Shown here: piece after piece, positions 18,749-30,700 of the stretch | Layout: each line of letters begins with the position of its first letter | Position numbering within the stretch: position 1 is the first letter of the stretch | The notes under the pieces: generated by a model | Database searches by the model: none | Told to the model about the DNA's origin: nothing | What the model saw: only the letters and a program-made list of their open reading frames with translations | NCBI GenBank assembly: GCA_018646625.1 | Contig: JABGUJ010000001.1 | Coordinates: 255,534-319,533, forward strand | Reading direction: 5' to 3' | DNA: 64,000 bases | DNA from: Candidatus Woesearchaeota archaeon | GTDB lineage: Archaea; Nanobdellota; Nanobdellia; Woesearchaeales; JABGUJ01 | Position numbers and translations under genes: made by a program

Positions 18749-21700
18749 CTGTTCCCGTTCCGCAATTAGTTTTTCCTTGTGAATTTGCATAAGATTCAGA
18801 GTACCCGCCGCAATTAACTAATGGTCCTGAATATTGTGCATTACTTGGAGTATCTGCCAAAGGCACGTGATCATCGTGCGCTATCAAGTATCCGGTAAAT
18901 CGGGTATTTGAATCATGACAACGACACTCAGTAGTTTCATAACCGCTACACTCAACACTATTTCCAGTGCCTGGACACATAGGCACATCATCACAAATCT
19001 TATTTCGTTTATTTTTTCCTGGAGGACCCTCAGTCCAATCATTTAGTTTATGATCATTATTGTAAGGATTGTCACTACAACTTCCACAATCATTAACATA
19101 ATACCTTGCTCCGCCACTCTCACAAAGCTCACACCTAGGATCTACGCCTTTCTGCCTCATGTAATAACCAAACGACCCTTGAGTTCCGTAATCATCGAAA
19201 CCAGGATATTCATCATCTCTTTGAACTGCACCTGCTTGAGCAGGATCATCATAAACATCAATTCTAAATCTTTTATCCACATTATATTCCGCTTCCGAAT
19301 AATAATCAACAGTTGGGAAATCAGTTGCACAAGCTAATGGTCCACCACAATCAACATTTCCGTTAGTTGGAGGAACATACAATCCACCAGAGGCAGAGAT
19401 TCTACAATTAGTTGGACATTTGCAACCGGCAGCAACATTATGCCCACCACAATCTGTATTACACGTGCCTACATTATCACAAATTTTGTTACCTTCATCG
19501 GCCTTGCCGCCAACAAAAATATTTGATGGTCTATTATCATACTTCAATTCAACTCCATTCACTTCACAATCTTCACACTGGCCGGCATTCCAATTAACAC
19601 AACTTCCACCTTCAATCATTCCTTTATAACCATCAACAACAGAACCTGGACACCACTTACATGCAGCGTCACCGATACAACCATCATAATCAAAGTAAGT
19701 TGTTGAACAATCTCTTTCACACTTAGTAATTATAGGCAAACCGCCAGGAGAATTAGCTTCACAAACATCTTCTAAACCAGTAAATGTATATGTCTGACTA
19801 ATAGAATCATACTGTGAAATTAAAGTATCAAATTTATAACAAACAGGACCGACAGCACTGCCCAACCAAGGATGAGTACACTCAATCAAGAAATTGTGGA
19901 AATTATTCTTCAAACTAAGCGTATCTTCTTTCTTAGTACCCATTTGATAGAAAGGACCTCCCGGACCACACATATCCGGAGTAATAGTATAAGAGTACTT
20001 GAACCAACCATTTTCTGCTTGCACAGGTTCAGTCTCAATTTCAATCTCAAATGCTTCCGCAGTCGTATCTGCAAGATGTATTAATGAACAATCAGATAGT
20101 AAAGGAACCTCAAACTCAATTGTCGTTTCAAAATTCCCAATTCCAGAAGTAAACGAGAAGGTTTCATCAAAATCAGGAACTATATTGTCTATTCTGTACT
20201 GACCAAATTCTCCCACTTGAAAAACTTCCAGATCTAAGAACTTATAACTATCCGTTCCAGTCTTCCAAATCCAAATAGAAACAATAGTAGTATCATAAGG
20301 CAAATCAACAGTTACATTAAACCAATTGTGAGGTTGTTTAGCGGTTCTGAAGAACACTCCCTGTTTTGTAAATATTTCTTCAGCCAAACTTTTAGCCAAA
20401 GTAATCGCAGAGAAATAATCAACAAAGAAATCCGTATCATCAAACAATTCATGATTATAATTAGGATGTTTAAAATAATTTATATCACCAACAGGATAGT
20501 TCAACCAGCCATTTTCCTCGTGTCCGTATTCCCCAAATCTCACAGTACAATCAGCAAATTCACTTTCACTTAAGTTCATAATAGACTCCACTCCAAATTT
20601 AGTAGAGCCCGCAGAATGAGACAAGATCATTCCACCAATATTTTTGCCAGAGACATTGTAATTACCCATAGATTGAGATCCACAAGCCAATGCTCCTTCA
20701 TTTAAAGAAATAATGTCTGTCACATTACTTGGAGCACCATCAGGTTTTGAAACCCAAATTTGATATGAATACTCAATCATATCTGTTGGTAAGAATCCAG
20801 TCAAAGTTACATTATCTTTTTGAACTACAATTAAAGGAAATTCAAAATCACCCGTATACTCATCATTCTCATCTCTTGGAACACCTTTAATCCAAGGTAA
20901 AGGTAAGGACGAATCATAACCCATAGTATCAATATTAATCATCAAACTTGCAGAACCAAATGCACCATTCACATCACTTGCTTCAAAAAACAATTCCAGT
21001 TCTCCGAATGTATTATGCGGAACTTGTGGAGGTATCGCAGCGAACCAGGCTTCACAAACATTGTTCTCACAAGATAACTCTCCAGAACTCAAACTAAAGT
21101 CAACTCCTTCACCTGATATTGAAAGCATAGCAGACTCTGGATCGACCAAAGCATTAGTTGAAGTTACAACAATCTTGTACGGTTTAAGCTTAAGTTCATC
21201 ACCCATCTCAAAGTCTAACTCTTTAGTTCCATCAAATACTTTAATTTCAAACTCAGGAGCAACAGTATCAACAATATTAAACTCTAAATATTCCGTAGTT
21301 GAAACGCCGAACACATCGGTTGCGATGATCTCAACAGCATAAGTACCAACTGGAAGACTATAATTAGTAAATGTATACTCACCATAAGAACCTAAAATAG
21401 ATGAAGTCACAGAAACTGTATTAGCAAATGCATATTCCGAATCAAAGCTCAGATCTGGATAATCATCAGATCCGCTAGAGATTGAAGAAATAGATTCAGT
21501 AATCTCCTCCTCGATAAAAACACTTCCATTTGGATAAAAAACGGTCATATTAACGGTTTGATCTGGAGTAATCAGAGACTTATAATCAGTATCATTAATT
21601 AAAACTACAACATCAAAAGAATGACCCCACTCAATTTGGGTTCCACAACCATATGCGGGAGAACAACTCAACTCGGTCGCTGTATCCACCAAGAAGAAAT

Positions 21701-24700
21701 CATCAATAACAGGAGGATTATTCTCAGGAATATTATTAACCTCAAGAATCATAAAATTAAACTGATCTCCATTCCATACTTTAACTACCCATCCATTATT
21801 ACCTTGCGTCCAAAGATCAACAAGCTTGCTAAATCTATTCTGAGGAGATTCGTTTCTATAGAACTCAACATAATCTTGCGTCTCAACAGGATGCATTAAA
21901 GATTCTACTAAATCCACAACATAATAATAACCAATCAGACCATCTTTAATCGCCGAAGTATGACTTAAATCATTTTTACCGCCAAATGAAAACTGATAAT
22001 GATTGAAATCATTTAAAGGATGATGGTCACCAAATTTAGCATACTTACAATCAGAATTAAGAGTGAGCGTCTGATCATCTATTCCTTCTAATGGAACCTC
22101 TCCACTTCCTGCACCAAGATCGAAAACAACCCCTGAAGCAATTACTGAATTAGCAATCTGATAGTCTTCTGCAGGACCACAAGACTCTGGCGCTGAACTA
22201 AGGTTAATCTCAAAAAGGGTATAAGGGGGATGCTGCATCTCTATAGTAAGTCTCAACCCATCATCAGAAGTTGGTAAAATACCCACTAAAGTGACATTAT
22301 CGCCAATCGCCTTCATAAAATAGTGTTGACCCATCACCAAGTCTTCAGAACGAGGCATCGGATCATCGTTTGTTTGGTCTCCTTTAAACCAAGGCAGAGG
22401 TATATCAGAATTTAACTCTGCGGTGTCAACTTGTAAATCAAAGCTATCAGTACCGCAAATTCTATTTAGATCACAAGCTTCAAAAGTAAATGTCAGTACA
22501 CCAGTTACCTCCTTACCAAGCGCAGTTAGTAAATCATTAAACACACAAAATGTATCATTACAAACAAGGTAGTCCGACAGATCATTTGGCTCAACAAAGG
22601 ACGACACGCCCTGGACAGTTAACGAAGGAGCATTTTCATCGTCAGAATCATTAATGATAAAATCATTAGCAAAGATTGCCAAGTTAAACTCATAACCACT
22701 CTCCGCAACAGCATCTTCGGCAGTATAGTCAAAATCTTCATCCGTACTATTTAACTCAAACATAAACTCAGGAGCAACAGTATCTTCTATCTCGAAACTC
22801 AACTCAGTCGTCATCTCATTGCCTAATGAGTCATTAGCAAAAACTTCAATTGTATACTCTCCAGGTGCCATTGGATATTTAGTTGCAAAAATATCAAACA
22901 TTGAAAGACTCTTAGACTCGTAAGGAACTAAGATATATTCGTCTCCTTCATCATTATGTGTCAGATATGATTCATTCAATCTCAAACGGAACATTGATTC
23001 CGGCTCAAAATAAGAAATTCCTAAATGATCTGAAAAGACTGAGTCTAATTCAGCATAATGGGTTTGATTACCCACAAAGTACTTACCAGCAAGAGACTTC
23101 AATTTAGCTAAAACTGTATTATCCTGCTCAAAGAAAAATGTATACTCACTATCATTAACAGATATCAAGATCTCAAACGCATGACCATATTCTAACTTCT
23201 CGCATATTCCTTCCTCACATGTCTCGGGGGGAGAACCTGACAGATCATACAAAACAGGATCCAAAACCTCTGGAGCATAAGTATCATCAACAACCTTAAC
23301 AACCAAATTCATAGAATTATACGAAGGAGTGCCATCCAACCAAACAATAATCGACATGTTATTAATATCATCAGCATAGGGTAACACCTCAGAGAAATTA
23401 AACCAATTCTCAGGATATTTACTTTGATAAAGATTAAATGTTTCTTCTGTTTGAATAGGTTGTTTCAAAGGATCATTCAAAGTCATCACGGAGAAACCAT
23501 TAGCATCATCAGCACCATCAAGACCATACTCAAGATGAGCATAATATTCGTCCTCTCCAAAATACAACAACGAATCTAAAACGCTATATCTCCAGAAGTT
23601 ATTCATAATATGCTCATCAGAGAATCTAACATAACAATCAGAAATTGCTAATTTATCATTCAATAAACCAGGAACATCTGCAGTATTCTCAATACCAAAG
23701 AAAATACTCTCAACATCATTACTTAAAATACCATCACCTGGATACACTCCCTGCAAAGACTCCGCCGCAACATTCAAAGTTGTCTCAGTACACAATTCAG
23801 GTTGGGGTGTTAAAGCAACAGAAGGCACATCGGCAAACATATGTAAAGGTCCGCCAGAATTATTTTGTATTCTAACTTCTAACTTTAATCCTTCATAATC
23901 TGCAATGTACCCAATTAATTCAATCTGTTCACTTAAAGAATAAATCTCATACTCAACACCATTAGCAGGATAAGGAGGTAATGCATTACCTGAAGAATCT
24001 TTAGCTCTAATCCATGGTAGTGGAATATCATCACTCCTGCCTCTAGTATCAACATTAAACGTTAAGCTAGATGAAATAAACGGTCTTTCATTAATATCAC
24101 AACCCTTAAACTCATACCCATATATTTCATTCACATTCGCACCAAACAATTTCTTAACATTATCAATTGTCAAAGTACATTTATTATCAAAACAATTTAG
24201 ATTTCTTTCATAAGTAGGGTCTGCAGGGGTAGGGGACAACTCATACCTTGGCACACAATCACCATTTGGATTCTCCATATCTGTCATAATATATTCATCA
24301 GCAATAAACGTAACATCATATGTATAGTCAGTAGTCAAAGAATCTTCAACAACTAATTGAGTTGCATGCTCTCTTATTCCCATAGCGATACTAGCTTCAA
24401 CACTATCAACAACAGTAAATCTCTGCACAGTATTCAACGCCTCACTATTTGGAGTAGTTGGATTACCTAAAATATCAACTGCTTTTACTTCAACAATATG
24501 CTCTCCCGCCTTCCAAGGGAAATCATAAATATATTTCTTAAACACTGGCTCATACATTGGAGCTTTAACATTATCAAGTGTATAAATTTCATCTTCTGAA
24601 GAAGATAATTCTAACAAAGTAGGTCTCAAAACAAATGCATACTCCTCCTCTTCATAAGATAAACCACCATCTAAATAAAGATCATTAGTTACATATTCAA

Positions 24701-27700
24701 TCTCAACCAAATCGCCCGTATATTCAACTACAGGCGTCCAAGAAGTAGTTTTATTATAACAAACCTCATAACGCGTGTCTTCATATCCTTCTAATTCTTC
24801 ACCATCAAAACAACCCAACTCATCACAAGCATTCTCACCTGTAGAATTCAACCAAACACAAGAAATAGTACAAATTTCTTCAACACAATCCTCAGAACAA
24901 TAATTATCTTCATAAACATCAGAACAAACACTTTCATTAACCTTATATCCGCCATACTGTAAAGACATCATGTCCTTAAAACCAGCATAAACTGTATTGT
25001 TTTCTAAGAAATAAGGCAAAGAAGTAAAATTAACATCATCTACAAATACAATAATCTCAAATGGATGACCATACTCAATCTTGTCTTGAGGACAAATTCT
25101 TCCAAAGCCATCTTCACCCATAGAACAAACAAAATCATCAGCATAATCCTCGTGCGTAATATCTCTAACAATCAAATCATCAATAACCGGCGCGTTTTGA
25201 TCATAGAAAATGTACAATTCACTCTCATTCACCCTACCAACATCATCCTCTAATCTTGCATAAACTAAATTCTCAAACTCCCCTTCTTTCAAAGGAAGAT
25301 CTATTTTCTCATACGCTAAATTCAAAGGATTACTTGGCAAGTCAATTTCATCAAACAACGGAACCACGCCAGAACCATCGGGGTGAGTTAGTGTCGCATT
25401 AAAAGTATAAGGATTTGGTTCATTGATCTCAAACTTAACTGAAAATTTAGACATATTAGTAATATCAATTAAATCATATCTCCAATCATCCATTGCAAAC
25501 GAATGTACAATAGTCATGGTAGGCAAATCTTCATCAAACATAACTTCTAAACAAGCAAACCTTTCTTCATTACCACCAAAATCTACAGATTTAAACAAGA
25601 ACACAGTAGTATCAGAAACAACATATTCTTCTAATTCGGTTTCACTATCAAACATGCCCCAAGTCAAATCTTTGCCAACAGAATAATAATCAGTACATCT
25701 ACTCGCAGGATATTGATCAGAATCAAACTTAAGAACCATTCCTTCCGTATCACAACCCATAACATTACCAATATCGTTATTCTCGGAATTCTCAGGCGCA
25801 CTTATAGAACCATCAATGTTTGTAATATTTCTATCTTCACAATTAAATATAATTTTATTATCAGCCAAATTGTCAACATAAATTTTACCGTTAAGAGTTA
25901 TCTCGGGAGCATTAGGATTAGAAACTGAGTAAGCATCTGGATCCACTGTTAGAGTTGAAATCGGTGCACTCTTATCATAAGTAAACACCAATCTAACAGA
26001 ATCGGTCTTACTTGTTTCTTGATCAACACAGAATATATCATCCAATCCTGATTCTCCCTGTGCAGGATAATATCTACTTTTTGCAACAAAACCATATCCC
26101 GCATTCAGATCATCTTGGTTTATCAATTTATTAAACATACTAGAGTGCATCATATGCACGTAACCACCATCTTCTATGTTAACATCATTTTCAAGATCAG
26201 CTACAGAAATTGGCGCACCCGTGACTGGATTATCAAAATCAATTGCCTTGTACTCTCCTGCACCAAGATAATGAGAAACATCACCATTTCCAAAACTACT
26301 TACGAAAGAAACTTTATCAGCATAATAATACAAACCTTCTGCTTCTAATTGTTGATCAGTATGCATTTCATGGAATGGAGTACCACGATAATTACATGTT
26401 GAATTTCCTTTTGTTGTCAATACAACCCAGAAATCAGTAACATCCTTACCACTAATTACATGAGATGGTTGAGGAAATGTAAGATTGATATTACTTACCG
26501 CATCAATATAAACCACATAATATGTTGTATTATGATTATCAGCATCATCCCAACAATGTAATGCAAGTTTATGATACCCTTCGTTTAGTCCGCTAAACGC
26601 ATTAACATACAAGCCTTCGCCATTAATCTTATCTTTGCCATCTTCATTATCAGGATCTAACCCAACTGCATAAGGAGGATTTCCAGGAGTCAAATCAGGA
26701 TTAGTAATATTCAAACTACAATAGAAAGTATCTCCAGGAACTTCCGAATAAATCATCAAAGAGATATTGCTGCTTTTAATTACCCTTTGATCTTCAGAGT
26801 TTAAGAAAGTTAACTTAGGTGTAGGAGGCACCATATCGATAAACATAGATGATGATCGTATTGGCATCATATTATAATATTGATCCATTGCAGCATATCT
26901 CAAATAGTATGGTCCAGAGTCTTCAAGACTAAATGAAGAACCTTCAATATATTCTTTATACGCAATGTAAGCTTCAATTAAATTCTTAGAATGGTCACCC
27001 ATTTTATACGAATAACCAAAAGAAGTAGAAAGACCTAAATCAATTGAATTATCACCAGGATCCTCATCCCCATTCAAATTATAATCCTTATACTCAAATG
27101 GATCACACGCATCCATTCTATCAATACAGAACCATAGTTTCTTAACAGGAATACCATCTGCCAATTCAGAATCTTCTTCAATTCCTTCAACAATTGTTCT
27201 TTTGTCTTTGGATTCTAAATGTACAGGATCTATAGAATAAAACGAAATATCAAGACCATTTCTACCAACCGTAGCATTAACTATATTATCAATAACAGTG
27301 GGCGGAGTATTATTTTTATTACAACTAGACCAACCAGAAAGACCTGGAGTTTTATCAAGATTAGATTCTAACACACCCTTAGCCTCATCAGGCACATAGC
27401 AATCAGGCAAATCATCATCATTACCATCTTTGAAACAGAATCCAAAATCCTCATTCCAATCACACGCACTTAGACCACACGCATCATCACTAGGGAATCT
27501 TAAACCTTGTCTAACCGAACTCCTAATTTTAACACTAGATAGTTTAACTTCTGGATTAGTAAGGTGAGTTAATTGTCTTTGAAAAAAGAGAGATAGGTTA
27601 ACATCTCCAGACTCGGCCGGATCATCAAATGCTGTCAAAATTGGATGGACTTCATAAAGTTGCAACTTGCTAGTATTTTGAATTGTAACTATTGATGCTA

Positions 27701-30700
27701 ATCTTCCATTAAGCGTTACATACATCGTAGTTAAATTAATACTTGACTTTGCTAAGAAAGAAATATTGTAAGTATGCATACCAGAAGCCTCAAACGAAGT
27801 TGTTATTTTTACAGTATCGTCCGGCTTAGGCACAAACACAAGAACCCCTCCCTGCGCATCATCTGAAAAAGATAATGTTGCTTCATAATTCTCGCACTTA
27901 GTTTTATTATTGTCATACGCAGTTATATAATTCTTAACAATATCATGAGGTTCAAGATCAGGAATATAATCATTCAAAATATAAGTTATATTATTATTCG
28001 CATCAGCTAACTTTGCAACTAAATCTGTCTTTAGATTAAACGCCTCAGTATGATTGCTTCGAACATTAGTAAGATTCAAATTTGCAGCAGAATATGTGTT
28101 AATATGATATTCCCACGCATCGATGAGATCATCATTAGCAGTTTGCGCTGCAAGCTCATGTTCGGCTAAGTCAGCCCAATACCCATCAGGATATGGCGCA
28201 CTATACATTGTAAGAAAGTTTTGAAGTTCTTGGTACTTGGTATTATTAGTGCTATTCTTTTGCTCTACAACCGAATAATTACCACCCCGATCCCAACAAG
28301 TCTTATTCCATAGTTCAGCAGATGTGAGTAAGCCAGCCTGTATTGTGAGATTTTCAGCAACATCAGGCAACAATACATTTATTGAATTTCTCAACGACTT
28401 GTTTGCGTCCAAGTAATACAACGCCTGAACAACATCGGCAACAACCTCTGGCGGAAACTCCGTTTCATCATTCAAATAATCGGAAGCCAACTGACAAGAC
28501 GTGTTCAGAAGTTCCAGCTGAACTTCAACATCGCCCTCATAATACGGTCCAGAGGTTCCTTCAAACTCATAAGAATAAACTGAAGGCGCGTCTTCTTCTA
28601 CCGGAAAAGGCAACGGAAGCGTATCAACATATGTCGCATTAGTATAATTCAAAGCAAGATGATCAACACCTTCACAAGATTTTTGAGTCATATAACTATC
28701 ACACATTCCGTGAGCATCTTTACAGCTAGTACAATACGATAACATGTATGGAGTACTATCAAAATCTGCACTAATTAGATTAATATCGTTAGTAATATTA
28801 GAATAAAAATCGTCATAATATTCTTCAGACGCAGAATTCCACTCAAAATCAGGAGCATAACCACAAGTACTAACCAAAGAATCTAAATAATTAAAATCTT
28901 CAAAAGGCTCAACAAAGAAACCGTCTTCAGCAAGAGTAGAACAAGCATCTAAATAATCGCCCAAGACAACTTTATTCAACTGACACTGAGCTCTCAAAAA
29001 GTAGTCGGTAGGAATGTGCGAGGTATAGGGTTCATCAGAAGAGTCAGCATCAATCCCCACGACCCAATAATAAGAATAATTTGAACAGTCAAACGCATTA
29101 TCTATCTGATCATCAATAAAACCAATAAACTCATGAAGATCATTATAGTTCGATTGCAGATTGTATTCACCACTTTCGTCTCGCCATCTGTCAAAAATTC
29201 TCTCAAACAAATGATAAACTGCCTCACATTTACAAGCATCTAACTTAACCTTTTGTTCATCACAATAAGCATAATCATTTTCAAGATCACAAGCAGTAAC
29301 ATACTTATCGCTATTACCGGATTGAGTCATTGGATCTATCTCAGAATAACAATCACCCAACTTATCACAAACATTTTGCGTACAATTAATATTGGCGAAC
29401 GGATTTAATCTACCATCACATAAATTACACGTACTTGGTCCTTTTTCATCATTGGTAGTACCAATCCCTCTGGATCTATAACCATACCAATCATCAAATT
29501 CGTCAGAATTTTTAGTATACGAATATTCAACATTGTCGGGATTTGCAGGATAACATACACCACTTCCAAATTCTTTAGAAGACGTGTTATACCATTTACA
29601 GCGCACATCTGCAGCACCATCATCAACATATGCCGCACCACACGTATCAAATTCACATCCTCTCTCAGATTTATAGTCATAACATGTTACAGTGTCAAGG
29701 GAGTCTATTCCAGCAGAATGATAATAATACTCATTATTTTCATCATCCATAATTTTTTTATTTTCTTGTTTTCTACAACTAAAACAATCATCTTTAGTTG
29801 AATGAGAATAATCAAAATAACAATATTTCTCAGCATTGGTGCCGTCAAATTCGCCTACTGGAACGCCTAAACAAGCATCCTCATAACTAAATAACCCGAA
29901 TACATTAGATCCTGGCGTAGCACATTCACCACGCAATCTACAATAAGCTTTCCCGGCAGAACTAATACAAATATAATCTCCCTCCAGCGTAAGACAATTA
30001 GGCGTGTATAAATCATCAAATAAATGCTCATCGGCCTCAAATTCCCCATCTCTATTGAGATCGACACTACCCTGCGGAGAATTAAGATAGTCTTGACCTG
30101 TAACGCCATCAGATGCTAAATGATTATTATCCAAACAAACCTCTCGTATTTGACCAACACAAAATTGTTGATTTTCTATATCGATTAATGTTTTACCTTC
30201 ACACTCTGCATTACCAGTAGTAAATTGAGTTGTAGCAGTACCAGACTCCGAACCTGGAACAGCGCCCAACTCACCGTTGGTTTGAATATACACCACAGTA
30301 AGAATATAATTATAAGTCGTATCCCACGCAGGCGCAGGCAAACCTAACACACCACCATCATCAATAAAGAAAAATTGATTTGGAGATATTTGAGAAACTT
30401 TGGAAATTGGAACATTAACATCTGCATCATCTACAAAAGTATCGCCATCCAATCTTTGCCTTACTAATTTGTAGTATGCAACAGGAAATCCATAACACGG
30501 AGGAGTCCAATTCAATTTAACCGCTTTAACGCCTTTAATATGACTTCCATTAAATCCGCCAGGCGCAGAATCATAATCACATTCAAACTGTTTAATAGTA
30601 ATATCTAAATCTAATTGCTCATCGTTCTGAGCAGAACCAGAAACTTGCCAAATACCTTCATCATAAGTCGCTAAATAATAATTTCCATTCTCAAATACTT

